NCBI GenBank assembly: GCA_907165135.1
Contig: OU015566.1
Location: forward strand, 2,294,001-2,358,000
Direction: 5' to 3'
Source of the DNA: Oikopleura dioica
Lineage: Eukaryota; Animalia; Chordata
DNA length: 64,000 nucleotides
Position 1 is the first letter of the stretch. Each line of letters begins with the position of its first letter. The position numbers and the translations under genes were made by a program. The notes beneath the pieces are model-generated. The model searched no databases, was not told the origin of the DNA, and saw only the letters and a list, made by a program, of their open reading frames with translations. This document shows positions 1 through 13,577 of this stretch, one piece after another.

Positions 1-3000
1 ATTATGTGGCTTTATTTGGTATAATCCGTGAGAAACGGATTCCGAAATATTATTGAAAATTCCTTTTTTTTTCAATTTTATTAACTGTCGACTCCACCCT
101 TTCTGGGAATGAAGGGTCGCTTATTTGATAAATTATCAGTGACGGAAATTTTTCTTTCAATCAAATTTGATCCTCTCGCTTCTTGGTCCTTAATTTTGAC
201 AAACGAGAGGTTCTGGAGGACTCACGTAAAGGTTTCGGTAGGGCTGATGGACCGCACTTGAGACTTGTGCGGCCACTTTTCACGAGGCTTTGAAGCTTTG
301 ATCGAATGGAGTACCTATCAAAAACTTGATTCGAGAGCTGATAATTTTCTATCCCTCTTTTAAATTCAAACACTGGGTCTTTTTAGAATCGCGAAAATGA
401 CAAAAAAAAAGAAGAAAAAGAAAAAAAAATTGAAAAAAAATGTCACGTGTGTTTTCTGCCAATTCTAGCGGCAAAATTATACAAAAGCGAGCCACGTGTT
501 CGGAAGCAGAATAATTTCTAGATACGGTTTATCTCTCTGCGCGTTGCCCTCTCCCCCATCTGACGTGTTCTAATACCTCAGAGGTGATGTCACTTCAAAA
601 TGTTTTTTCGCCGCTTTTTTACGTTGCAAGTGGCGCGAATTAGCAAAACCATAACATCACCGCCAATTTATAGAAGTCGCTCCTCACCTTTACGGGGATT
701 TTTTCGAAGAACAAATTGATGATTTTATCGGACTGAAACCGAGAACTGTCGAAAATATCCTGTGGCAAAACTAAATAAGGGTGTCATTTAAAAAATCAAC
801 AAATTTTTTTCACGATTTTTCGGCATTCTTCATTTTCTTACTCTCAGAAAATCTTGTTGAATGTAAAATTAACCTTTCAAAAAGTCCGATTGCGCGGTTA
901 TGAGAACGGAAGTTGCGTTCTGATTTCTAATTATATTGTTTGGGAATGCGTGTTTAGAAAGAACCAAGAGCGCCGTGGCGTTCTTTCTCAAGCTAAGCTC
1001 CAAAGAGAAATGGGATCGCCACATTTTTTCCGGAGAAAAACGACGTGACGATGCTGTACGGGAAATGTAGCGTAACTGGGCTACTTTTACGCTCGGGCGA
1101 TTAGCAAAAGAGAGTTCATTAAAAAAAAAGTGAACGCGCCTTTTTTTCTAATTACTCGCTCGTGGCCAGCTCGAAGGATTGAAATTTCGCGCAGAATTTC
1201 TTGAAAAAAATCATCACTTTAAAATTTTAGATTCAAAAGATGATGATCGTTCCTCTTCCGAGCCAAAAAATTGACGATTTTCTTTGCCTGGATGAATCAT
1301 CAATTTCAAGCAGCCCGATTTCAGAAAGGAGAGATGAAAAAAGGGTAAGCGCGGTTTTCTCGGTTTTCGGCTCAACCCAGAAAATGCTCATTTTGGTCGA
1401 CTGACTTTAACCTAGGGTTACCAGAACGTTTGATATTAGATAAGAAGATTAGGTCTTTTCCACGAAAGAAGGACTTTTATATTTTCACTTGTTATTATTT
1501 TCAAAAATGCCTGTTTGAGCATTTTCCCGAGAAAATACCGCGGCCGATCGGAGCTCAACTTAAAATTTCTTTCTTCAATCGTCGGTAAATTCAATTTCCC
1601 CGGCCGTTCGATCCATGACGAAAGGCGATTCAATTTTTTGAAAAAATCCTATTCCGTTCAAAATTGCTTTAACCTTCGCCTCCTCCCTCTTATACAGTGA
1701 TTCTAGCCAAGCAGCGGCAATGATGAGAGATGTCAATCCCCGAGTTTGTCGACCATGAGCAGCATGAGCGATTCAAATTCCAGCACGAGCACGACCTCCA
1801 CGCATTCGTCAGGTAAGCGAATTCTGTTCACTGTCCAATTGTAAATATATTTCCCTCAAATTTGTGTTTGAAATTTTTCTTGCTTTTTTGTCGAATAATA
1901 AAAGAGTCAAAATGTGCATTTTCGGAAGAAAAAAAGGTATTTTGAGAGTAGTTGGAGGGAGGGCTGGACCGGATGTTTTAGTTGTATTCCTCTGACAAGG
2001 AGTTCTTCTGAGTTTTGACTTGAATTAAGGGGGTATGCTCAAGAAGGATGGTTGAATTGATGGCTTGCAGACAAGAAACGAATCGAAAAAATTTTCAGTA
2101 AGCTAAGGGTCGATGACTCATCGACGATATGGCTAAGGGTAAGCATTTATTTCATTTTTGACTAAGGGTGTCAATAAGATATTTTTTCGTTTTTGACAGT
2201 AAACCATCTGCTGATAAGCCTTTTTTGTGTAAGATTTGTTGAAAAAACTGGTCAGGTTTATTCTTGAGCGTCATTTTTTGACGCGCAGCTTTGAGTCCTT
2301 CATTGATAATACTCACCTTCGTAGGAAAAAAAAAACAATCGTTTTTCTGAATAAAGAAATCAACCGAAAAAAATGCATTTTGACTGTATTTGAGAAGAGA
2401 ATTGACTTATCCTCTCTTGTGTCACCAGAATCGGAACTGCTCTGAGCGCGGCCGGAAATGAAAGGTCAGCTCTAAAATCTAATTTGGGAAGGTACATTCC
2501 CGCCGTGTTTGACTCGCAGTTTCGTTTTCAGTTTTTCTGATGGAAACGTATATTTTGACCTAAAACGTGGATGGAGCGCAGTTTCGCAAAATATAACGGG
2601 CTTGGTTTCATGATAATGTTTTTTGCAAAATAAGGATTTGACAAATCAAAACTCGCTATTTTACGAATGCAAAACAGGATAAGCTTTCAATTACAAGTGA
2701 TTTTGAGTCAAAATTTCTGACGAATTGAACTTTAAAATATAATTTTTGAGTCAAAAATTAAGACCAAAACCCTCTTTTTGCTATGAATCATAGCCTATGA
2801 AGATTGATTTTTGATTTCATATCAAAATTAAAATTCTAGAAAAGTTACTTTGACCCTTAAGTCAAGAGATTGAGGGCGATAGGGTTGATTATTGATAAGA
2901 ATCTTGATCCAGCTGTTGGCGTCTGCCTGCATGTCACTATAAAACAGGGTCTGCTGATTTTTTTTTATCAAATTTGAGAATTTTAATGATATGAAACAGA

Positions 3001-3986
3001 AATAGGACTCGTGTTTTCGTTATAAGTTTTTGCGTTCAGTTTTAAAATGAATTCTTCACTTTTCTCAAGTGTGTCGTTCTTATCTGTTACAGAACTTCTG
3101 TGTGTTATTTTTCAAAAATGAAAGAGACATATCAGGTTATCTGCTAAATTTGTATTGTTTTGTTATAAAATCTTTACCATTGTTTTTCTTTACCAATATT
3201 TTTTTAAACTGCGATGAAAACAGTAATGAAAACGTCGCAAGTAGCCACAGCAAGCACTTTTCTTAGGTCACGAAAATCGCCCAAAAATGTGATAATCAGG
3301 CATTCAGAACTCAAATTCCTTTACTCGAAAACTGGGCAGCTTTTGAATTTCTTTCTCCTGCAAATGCATTTTTTCATCTGCGCCCGAGCGCAATCCGACT
3401 GTCAAATGGTTAAGCCGCTGGGTTCAGCTACTAAACCGGGCGGTTTTTGACTAAAACGTGAGTGACACTCGCGCTTAGAGAGAAAAGTCGAAGCAGTAAT
3501 TTTGGTTCAACGGCAAAATAAATATTGCGTCGGAGATTTTTTACTGTTTTTATTAGTTTTTAGACTTTTAATATTTTTTAGATTTCTTATTACGACTTTT
3601 TTTTTGGCCGAATTTTAGGACAGGTGCAGAACGCTTTTGAGAACATACAGTAATAGAAACAGTATTGACAATACTGTACTGTGAAAAGTCTTCAAGAAGA
3701 TAGGATGATCTCATCTTGCTCTAGAAAAAAAGAACATAATTTTTAATAATTAAATTCACTTCATTAATAACCTTAAAAGTCGGTCTGTTGATGAAATTAA
3801 ATAAACAATAAATTATCAATTCAATTATGCTTGAAAAACTGCAAATTGATACTTCAAAAAACATGTTCAACGAAAAGTTCTTGTAAAGACAAAGTTACCT
3901 TGATAATTTGCAGCTTCGAAAATTGATGAAAATTGCTTCTTTTCGTCTCTTAAATTTCTGTTTTTGGGCTGAGAAAATTCGAAATC

Positions 3987-4600
3987 TTACGTTCCCGGAG
4001 ATAGAAACTTCGCAATGAGGCTGATATCTGCGAGAATTTTATCATCAAAAGCCTTAAAAATATTCTGGAGCCGATTTTGACGGTACAAAACCTGTTTGAT
4101 TCGGACGGGTTTATCTTCAATTCTAGTTTTTCGCTCATTTTTCAAAAGTTCTTCGGCCATGTTTCCGATGACGCTTTCAATTTCGCCCTCAAGAGAAGAT
4201 TCCATTTTGATCGACTTGGCCTGGGCAAAGAGGAGGTTTTTGTAGTTGTTGATGATTTTGAAGACCAATTTTGTCTTTTCGTACTTGCCAGATAATGACT
4301 TGTCCGAGTGATTGAAATTGCTATTAAATTCGGTTCTGAGATCGATGTGAATATGTCGGCAGCGGTCGATGTTTTCTTTGAGGTTTTTCTCCTCGAAGTG
4401 ATTTTTGAGTTTTTCAGCGACAAAGTGGTTGATTTTCAAAGTGAGGGATTCGATGAGTTTTGGGCGGAAGAATACGCATTCAAGGATGAAGTCCAAAATG
4501 TTGACCAAAGACATGAAGTAGAAGCAGAAAGAATAGGAGAAGATAAGCACAGCTTTTTCGCGCTTTCACTGATGAAAGATATTTTATCAAAGAGATAACC
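3987..4600 (-). CDS. Uncharacterised protein (long open exon, ~190 aa)
   Basis: ORF 3987-4550 is helical and charged, downstream of a TTTTCAG acceptor near 4600. No family recognised. Confidence 0.35.
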
Positions 4601-4811
4601 TGAAAATAAATTTCAGATATATTTGGGTGGCGTCAAAAACCGACAAAAACCTCGTCAAATTTTGCGTGGGCGGCAATTCGGCTGCTGATTTGCTGATTAG
4701 CCAAATCCAGGCTTCTGATTGGTTGAAAATTCCAACGCAAAATTTGTCGGTTCCCGATACCACCCCATATTTTTAGCTTCTTTGAAAGTCAAATTTGAAG
4801 CTTTTTTAACA

Positions 4812-6880
4812 TCAAAAATTGATCTGAATGCGATTTCCTATTATAACTTGAATCCATTCCATTGAATAACTCTTTTCATGGAGCACTTCTTCATTGTGCT
4901 CCAAAACAGTCGCCTTTGACAGATTGGCGCTTGGATCGAAATAGGCAAGGCATGGATTGTGATCGAGAAAGACTTGATATACGGAGCAGCGTTCAAAGTC
5001 TGTTTGATTTTCCGTCATCTTGTTACACGAGCAAAAATGCTTTTCCGTCATCGCAAATGCAAGATGACAATGGAGACTCATCATTTGACAGGACTGCATA
5101 ATGTGCTTGGCCTTAGTTGATTTCATTGGGATCACGTGAGCGCATTTGTAGAGGAAACTTCGGGTGATATTGTAGAACTCGTTTTGGCTTGTTATTTCAT
5201 ACGCGTCTGAATCAGTAAGAGACTTTCTTTTGAGGAATTTCAACAAACCGATGCAATTTTTTTGAGTCGAATAAGTATCGAGGATTCTTTTCGTTTCGTC
5301 GGATCCTCCAATACATGTTTCCCTGAAATGTCATGATACTTGATTTCTTTTCTTGGAGCTCACCAATCAAAACAACATTCTCTAAAAGAATAGTTCGTCT
5401 TGAAAAACTCTTGAATTTTTGTCTCTTTAGGAGGATCAACCTTCTCGAAACCCTTGATTTCCTCTGTCGCGGACTCAACAATTGGCGTGCATTTTGCCAC
5501 AGTTCTCGCTTCATTTTTCGTGCAGTCGGTAAAATCAAGCCTCAGAAAATTCGCCACTTTACAGCCTGTTGATGCCGGGTCGTCGCAAATGCAATTAAGA
5601 GGATGCTGCTTTTGAAATATCTCTTCTTTTTGAGCAATTTGGTGGAAATCGATCAGTAGACGATTTTGTTCTTCTTGGCAGAGGAGAACTTTTACCGCTG
5701 TTTGATTTTCATGGTGACAGCTAAAAAAAGATGTGTTCGTTTTTTACGAAAAAAGAAGTACAGTTAATTATGGAATTTTTGGACATTTTTTGTCCCATGA
5801 TTTTCTCAAAAATGTCCAAAAATTCGATACACGCTCCCAAGAAAAATGTCCCAGCCGAATCGCTTAAAAATTTTTTTTTGAGGAAAAACTCGATCATCCT
5901 CTTTTTCCTCCTTCTTCCAAAGACAAAAATATTCTTGGGGAACGAGATAGACCTTTAATTCTATCTTTCTGAAAGAGAAAGTAAAATTTTAAATAAAAAT
6001 AAATTTCAAATCTTATGATATACATATGTAACTGTTTTTTCATTGTAGAATAAAAAGTTTGGCGCAGAAAATGTCCAAAAATTTGATACAAGCACTTTTA
6101 AAAAGTGTCCCAAGAAAACCCCTTAAAATTGAAAAAATGTCCAAAAATTTGATGTCCAAAAATTCCATAATAAACTGTACAGTTATTTTCCTCTTTTGAA
6201 GACATTTTTTGTCCCAAATTTTCGGAAAAATGTCCACAAAAATGGGCAAGGGTTCCCAAAAAAATGTCCCGCCGTAGTGTATTAAAATTTTTTCAAATAT
6301 AAGTTTTTCTGGAAAAATGGCGAATTTCATCCTCGAAACGCCTTTCTCTTGCTTATGTTTATCTTTTTTCGACAGATTTAAATGCTTTATTCCTTCATTT
6401 CTTGAAAATAACCCTTGATTTTTGAAAATAGGCCATTTTTGCCTCTAAAATTTTCTAGTCAGGGAAAATGTCCACAAAAGTGGAACATTATCTTTGCAAT
6501 AGTGTCCCACGGAAACCCCTTAAAATGAAGAAAATGTCCACAAACTTGGGGTCCACAAAAGAGGAAAAAACTGTACTTGTGGGGACACGAGTCATAAAAA
6601 TGCTCTTCCTTGATTTCATTGCCGATTTTCGATGAAAAAGAAAGAAAAAGCGCTTCGCAAACTATTGTTACATTGACCATCTTTGATGGAATTCTTTCCT
6701 TCCAGCCGATTTATGTACGAAATCGAAATGGAGGGACAAAGCAGCAATTTGTCAAATTTTGACGCGCAGCTTTCCACATTTTGCTCGATACCAATTGCCA
6801 ATTGGCAAATGGGAGCATGGCAACTCTATCGACTTACTATCCGGCTCGGAAAACACCTTCCATAAATACTCACACTTCAT
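4812..6880 (-). CDS. Cys-rich, probably extracellular protein with somatomedin-B/WSC-like Cys motifs (multi-exon)
   Basis: Exons join in frame: ...HFYDSCPH|NCHHENQ... across GT-AG intron 5721-6576, and CCFDW|ETCIGG across a 41-nt GT-AG intron into ORF 4812-5246. Motifs CICDD..C, CCFDWETC and C..MSLHCHLAFAMTEKHFCSC. The 5' end is uncertain. Confidence 0.5.
5761..6177. mobile_element. Tc1/mariner-type MITE, family A copy 1
   Basis: TA|CAGTTAATTATGGAATT...AATTCCATAATAAACTG|TA: terminal inverted repeats with a TA duplication. An inverted homologous copy lies at 57883-58292. Confidence 0.85.
6180..6573. mobile_element. Tc1/mariner-type MITE, related family B, abutting copy 1
   Basis: TA|CAGTTATTTTCCTCTTTTG...CAAAAGAGGAAAAAACTG|TA. 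Shares the TA at 6178-6179 with the previous element and has the same internal AAAATGTCCA motifs. Confidence 0.8.
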
Positions 6881-7555
6881 TTTTTCCGATTATGTTTTGC
6901 GAAAAAGAAATTTTTACCTTTTGAGTCAGAAAAATGGGCGAATCAAAAAGAGGAAAATCCGGAAAATCTGACAAAAATGACGGTAAATTTTCAATCTTTT
7001 TTCGAAAAAATTTTTTTGTGAAAAATAATTTTTAGTCTTCCTTGATATCACATGACTACTTTTAAGAAAGCCCAAACCATACAGTATATTTACAGTAAAC
7101 TCACTCTCTCTCTTTCCTAACTCGCGTCTGATCAGAATCTCCGTGGAAACCAAACAAACGTAATTTCATTCATTTTTCACCATTTTCGTGAATTTTTTTT
7201 ATTTCCCCTTTGTCTCCGTAAAATTAAATATACATCGCGGGCGATAGGAGATTAGGGTTAACTCGAGAGATACAGATAAGAAAGTGCTAAAAAAAGAGGT
7301 TTTTAAAAAATGAAGAGACCGACAGCTGGTTTTAAAAAGCGAGAAGTTTTAGAAAAGAGTTGCAAAATTATGATTTCGAGGAAGAAAAAACAGTAAAAGA
7401 AAAATGAATGCTGCGTGGATTGAAAGAGATAAATTTGATATCCTGCTGCGTCAGCTTTTCAAGAAAGACGGGACAGATTCTATTCAGTGTTTTGTTTTCT
7501 TCATAAACGCGGGATTATTTTATTTCGTAAAAATAGATTTTGCAACTAAGAGACA

Positions 7556-10301
7556 ATGGCTGTCGGACCGGGCTCAACTATTGCAGGAATTCCAGAAGAT
7601 ATCAGGTAATTTCAAACTAGGAATCCCAAGAGGACTCTTAAAACGAATATAAAACAACTGTCATTGAATAACTGCCCTGAAATTTCGAGAATGAAAAAGA
7701 AAATTAAAAATTTTGGTGTCCTTAAAATCGTGCTCTAGAAATCACATAACAATTACCGGCGAATCAGCTTCTGTAACCTTCGACACCCTCTCCCGCAAAA
7801 AATTCCCTCCAGAAATTTACGACAATGAAGAGCTCACGCCAAAAACCGAAGAAGTCCGCATGCCTTACAATGTCATCAAAAAAGTCCCGAACGGCATTGG
7901 AAAAGTCTCAAAGTTAAGAAATCTCGAGCTTCAAGGAAATGACATTAAAAAGATTCCCAAGTCTGTCGGGAAGCTCAAACATCTCAGGTACTCTTTCAAA
8001 GGGAGATTTCATGAATCATTATCTGTAGCAAATTCGACATGTCAAAAAACAAAATCAAATCTGTCCCGCGCTCAATATCAAAAGCAAACAACTTGGAAAC
8101 AGTAAATTTGAACAACAACGATCTTCGAAAGCTTCCACCAAAAGTTGGTCAAATTGGTCGACAATTGAAGATTCTAAATGTTTCTGGGAACAGTCTGAAG
8201 AAACTACCAAAGTCAGTTTATGTTCTGAGAGGAGCAGTAAACGCCGCGGACAATAAAATTTCATCGCTTCCAGCAGGTTTTCGAGTCGAAAAATTGATTT
8301 TCTTAAACAATTCTTTAGTGACATCAACAAAGAAAACAAAGCCAACAGTAGAAGCACTGTATTTGGCGAACAATGACATCGAAGAAATCCCCGAAAGCTA
8401 TTCCAAGCTCATGTATCTTCTTGAACTGGATTTGGCGAACAACAAGGTCGCATCACTCCCATCAACGATCGGCAACATCAATTATCTGACGAGTCTCGAT
8501 TTGAGAAACAACGAAGTCTTCGAGTTACCGGAAGATTTTGGTCGGCTCAAGTTTTCATTGCAGTACTTGAATCTTTCCGGAAACAAATTGGAGAACCTGC
8601 CTGACTCGGTCGGGACATTGGGGCATTTAGAAGAACTGAACTTGTCAAAAAATCAAATTCCGTCGATTCCAGAGTCGATTTCCGGCTGTAGACGACTCGT
8701 GAAATTTGACATTTCTCAAAATCTTCTCGACTCGTGCAATTCGCTCTCTGGCCTCGCCGCTCTAGAAATCGCAAATCTTTCGTCAAACAGCATCAGCGAA
8801 ATAGCGGAGCTGGAGCTAGAATCAATTCAAGAAATCGACTTATCAAAAAACGAGCTGACTTCAATCCCATCAAACTTCGGCACTCTCGGTCGATTAAAAA
8901 AGCTGATTCTTTCGCACAATCAACTTGTTGAATTCCCCGATTTTCTCGGGAAGGAGAATCTGTTGGAGAGTTTGGACTTGAGTTCGAACAAAATTGAAGG
9001 AGTGGTCAAGTTTGACTTCCAAAATATCAGAATGCTCGATGAACTGATTTTGGCAGACAATGAAATAACAGCTTTGAATGCGACAATAAACAAGCTTGAG
9101 TACATCAGACATCTCGGTAAGAAAAAAAAATCTCTTCTCAAAGAAAAAAATTTCAGACATCTCGGGGAACAAAATGACGCTTTTCTTCCCGATTTCGCCG
9201 ACACTGAAATCTTTTAACGGCTCTAACAACCCTTGGAAAGTCGATGCTCCTCAATACCCAAGTCATTACACTTCCTTCATTCTCCCTATCATTGGTGCCT
9301 GTGAGCAGCTTGAAACTCTCAAATTATCCAGTTGCGGTCTTGGTTAGCTCACTTCATCGCTTCACTTCTTTAATTGATTTCTAGAGACGCTGGACGAGTT
9401 CATTGTCAAGTTATTGTTCCTCCAACACATCGACTTTTCAAACAATAATCTGTCAGAAATATCAACCGAATTGATCAACCGATGGAGATATTTACGAACA
9501 GCAAATCTGTCAAGGAACCAACTTTCATCGCTGCCAAAAGGAATCAGAAATATGCAGCATCTTGGAAAACTCGATCTCAGGAAAGTGGCCAGAGATCAAT
9601 ATTCGTGAGTTTTTCTTGAATTTTTGAGCCGTTTGAAAGCTTCAATAAATTCACTGAGTTCAATGAAAACTTCAAGATTCTCAGAGCTCTAACAGAACTC
9701 AGACTCAATAACAATCAGATTTCGACTTGCCCAAAGAATTTCGGCGAGCTCAAATCTCTTCGACTTGTCGATTTGTCACACAACGAGATTGAAGAGCTTC
9801 CTTCAGAACAGCTCGATACTATCAGGTAAATAAGGGTCTCTCTAGCTTTTTATCAAATGATTCTAGCTCTCTGCATATTCTAAAAGCGACAAATAACAAA
9901 ATCACTGTCTTCCCCGAAAATCTCCAACATCTGCGGCTTCAAGAAATCGACCTTTCTGAAAACGAAATTAAGGAGCTCCCCACCGCTATTCGCAATGTAG
10001 GCGTATCTCCAATGAGGCTTTTATTTTATAATATTCAGATGAAAACTGTAAGAAAAATGAACCTGCAAAACAATGCACTCGAGCTGATTCCTGATCAAAT
10101 TGAAAAAATGGCGAGTTTGCGGCATTTGAATATCGAAGGAAATTTCTTGAGATTCTATCCAAAGGTCTGTTAATGATATCTTTTTTGGATAAACAGAATT
10201 TCTAGTGCTTTGCGAGTGGAATGTCAAAATGCGAGATCCTGAAAGATAACCAAAGATCGAAACGAAAACCTTTAGCTGATCTTCCTGAAGACAATAAATA
10301 A
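7556..10301 (+). CDS. Leucine-rich-repeat protein (many LxxLxLxxNxL repeats)
   Basis: Starts MAVGPGSTIAGIPEDI|RNHIT. ORFs 7713-8105 and 8039-9217 are continuous LRRs, with further LRR exons to 10164 and a last exon CFASG...EDNK* overlapping AATAAA. Confidence 0.85.
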
Positions 10302-10494
10302 ACAAATGTCTCATTCGCTTTGCCTTTAAATCCTGGGCTGATGAATTTTCTTCTGAAAATTTCGAAATATTATATTTCTAAGAGCAAGCCCAAGACGGGA
10401 GTTTTGATAATAATAGATAAATCAATCGGAGTCAAGCGCCATTGACGGACATATTAAATTTTATTATTCCGAATTTTTCTAAGAGAAAAGAAGA

Positions 10495-11805
10495 TGAAGC
10501 TAGCACCATGCCTTCTCTCAGGAATTCTAGCTGCTCCGCCGCCGGTGATTTATTACACGGAAAGTAAAGAGAAAATATAATCCTATGGCAAATTTTTATT
10601 TTGAGACATCGTCGAGATGACGAATTTTCTTCCTGATCCGAAGATAAAAATCGGATATGAAATGTCTTATGAATGGATATTCAAATTTTTTCCATCATCA
10701 TTTTCATAAGAATATTCATGATAAAAATCAATGAAGAAGATTTTTTTCATTTATTTTTTTTTGCAAATTTGAAAATTCAAAAAGCGATCAGTCGAGCGAA
10801 TGTGGAACAACCAGCTTCGAGAAATCCTTCCCGGCGTCGAAGATGTCAATCTCGCCTTGATCGGTGATAACGTCGCCGACAATGTCGATGTTGAACCCTG
10901 GATATACTACTTTGTCATCCAAATCGTCTTTGACGAGGCTAAGTGGACGGCAGATGTTCTAGATAAGGTCAGAGCAGTTTTTCCAAACTCTGCAGGTCGA
11001 GATGATGAGGTCTTTTACAATGCGATGGTGGCAAATCCCGACTTGGTTTTGGTCGAAGATCAGATGATCAACACCGAGGTAAGAATCATCACCACCATTC
11101 ATAAACGCTTCTTTTTCTAGAACTGCAAAAGCGAGGAAAAAGAATGCCGCAAGATTGACGTCGTTCAAGAATTCTGCTTCACCAACTCTTATTACTTCTT
11201 CGATGTCACCAACGAAGCAGCTCTCGAAGAAGCCAAAGCAGATTTCTCATCCGACTTCGAAGCTGGTTTCGAGTCCTACAGAACCAACGCAACTATTTCA
11301 TCGGAGAACACCGTGAATTTTTATGAAAGCAACTTCAACGGAAAATTTACTTTTGAAGTGACTTCGATTACTGATATCAGTGAAAAGGTCTCTACTTTCC
11401 AGAGCAAGTCGAATTTCAACGAAGCTGGGATTGATGGACCGGATACTCATATTTCTGGACAAACTTATTACAAGAAACGATTTCAAAATCAATGATTTTT
11501 TCGGCAATTTTTTGAGAATCGTTTGATAGAAAGAAATTTGGGTGAACAAATTCCGAACTTGCGCCGTCTTCCATCAATATTTCGAAGAACAGTTTGGTAA
11601 TGACGTCAAGGGTGCATACTACTGGAAGAACAATGCAAACAACTATCTTGAGGATCACCTGGACAATTTGAACATCAAAGAGGAAGAGTTCAACTTTGAG
11701 TTCAAATGCGTTGCTCCTGATTGCGAGCCATTTACGACGACAACGACGACAACAACAAGTATGATCACCGTTTATTTATTCATCCTCAAAAAGAACAGAA
11801 ATGAA
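10495..11805 (+). CDS. Secreted acidic protein with Thr-rich tail, unknown family
   Basis: Signal-like MKLAPCLLSGILAAPP, coding-like exons 10800-11090, 11110-11470 and 11542-11760 separated by short introns, ending CVAPDCEPFTTTTTTTT. Confidence 0.5.
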
Positions 11806-11816
11806 AATATCTTTTA

Positions 11817-13060
11817 TCAAGCTAGTTCAAAAGGAATTCCATTGCCAACTCCGTTATGAAGAACTTCTTCTTTGGGGAAAAATTTGAATTTCGGGTTTTC
11901 AGTGATTTCGTCGTATTCGCCATGACGGCCGCTTGTTTTGGCGGAAAACTCGCCGTAGTTTTTGTATTTTTTATCTGTCCAGTTTTTCTCGGAGCGGAGA
12001 ATTTTGAGAAACGAGGTGTTTGAGAAACAGGGCTCGACAAACATTGGCGCCGAATATCTGAAATTAGAAAAAACGATTGAATTTTCGGTTGAACCTGTTT
12101 TCGCCAAGATCCATGACTCGATGAAGCGTCGCAGGAAGCTTTCCTTCTGTAATTTCCTCAATCATACTTCCCAAGTTGACAATCAGCGTATTTTTCACCG
12201 GGCGAACCCAGACCCAAGTGTTCTCCTTGTTTCGGACTTGGAGACCATAATTTTCAAAGGTGCTCAAAAGAGTGAGCAGAGAGGAATCAGAGTGTTCTGG
12301 GGTCGAAATCGGGATGTCTTTGTCCGAAAGATTTGAAATTTTTCCTTTTGGCGGGTAGTGTAGGAGGCGAAAAGTGCTAGAAATTGTTGAGAAAAAATGA
12401 TTTTTCGATGTTACCTGAGATGTTGGTCTGTTTGGTTTTCAAAGAAAAAGTCAGTAAAATAACTTTCTTCAACGCCGATTCCGATCGCGAGAAATCGCAA
12501 AATCAATAAAGCGCAGTCATGATAAATTCGATAAAACTTGTCCACTGTCCTGCCAAATTCTTCATGAGGGTAGCAGTTCTTTTCTTTCGTGAATTTTTCA
12601 TAATCAGGGGCATTTTCCGGCGGTTCCACGATCGAGTCGTTGCCAAAATCAGTTTGTTCTTTAAAAACAGGAAGATTTTTCACTAGCGGCATGTATCCCC
12701 TTATTCTATTCTCAAATGAATCTTCATGAAAGATGATTTATCGAGAATGCCTTGAGAATGTCCTGTATTCATTTTTGTTTTCAGCATGAAATCTTTTCAG
12801 GGCCAATTTCATCTTTTCTTCTTTTGGCCGACCGTAGTAAAATTTAATTGCATCGAGAAGTTCCTTGTCCTCGAAATCTAACAGAAAAATAATCTCCAAA
12901 AGCAAGTCGATCTCTTGCCTGGAATATCAACGAGTCTCAAAAAGCCAACCTTCTGAAATTCCTCGACAATTTCTTTCCCAAGCGCAGCGATTTCATCATA
13001 ATTATCAGTCGAGGAAAGCTTTGAAAAAGAAAAGGATTTGAGTTCAGTGACTTCTGCCAT
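11817..13060 (-). CDS. 2-oxoglutarate/Fe(II)-dependent oxygenase (IPNS-like: DIOX_N plus 2OG-FeII_Oxy)
   Basis: N-terminal 'IVEEFQKVGFLRL', HxD motif (PEHSDSSLLTLL), distal His (TLHRV) and RxS (RYSAPMF). Confidence 0.85.
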
Positions 13061-13195
13061 TTTTAATTCAGAAATGATGCTGGGTCAAATTCAGACGGAG
13101 AATTCTGCATGGGAAAACAACATCTGTCGGCTGTTTATTGAACTTGTCTATAGATTTTGAAATTCTTGGATTTAAGGATTTCCTTGAAACCCTTG

Positions 13196-13222
13196 CCCTA
13201 ACCCTAACCCTAACCCAAACCC
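13196..13222. repeat. Short interstitial telomere-like repeat (CCCTAA)3 plus a degenerate unit
   Basis: ccctaaccctaaccctaacccaaaccc, read directly from the sequence. Confidence 0.7.
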
Positions 13223-13577
13223 TTCTGCTTAGGGTCTCAATCTTATGACAACCCCCATAAGTTCATGATAAGTTTGTTTGATCAATATCAGCCAGATTCG
13301 TCTACTGACCCGTGAGGCTAATCCGGGATCGAGGATGTTCGATCGGGAGCATATGTGACACAGAGTGAGAGCACAATACAGATTTGATTTCGATGAATAA
13401 TTTCGAGTCCATCTGTTTGACGCAAGGCGCAAATAATAATCGTACGTTTGGGAGCACATTTTCGGTTCATGCTTTATTAACTAGCGCAGACTCGTTATTT
13501 TTTGCACTCTGTATGAACACACGGGTATAATCAACATTACAACAAATTAAGAGAAATTATGGAATAAAACAACAGCT

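Noticed and set aside
161-2940. Scattered exon-like pieces (minus 161-373 and 2860-2935; plus 1731-1812) and E-box/CACGTG clusters
   Set aside because: No recognisable homology and no consistent gene model. Motifs are too short to call regulatory sites.
9105-9165. 13-bp direct repeat (TCAGACATCTCGG) straddling both ends of the 40-nt LRR intron 9117-9156, suggesting intron gain by duplication
   Set aside because: Collapsing the repeat to one copy would put the LRR (LDISGN) out of frame, so a simple duplication origin does not work. Probably coincidental.
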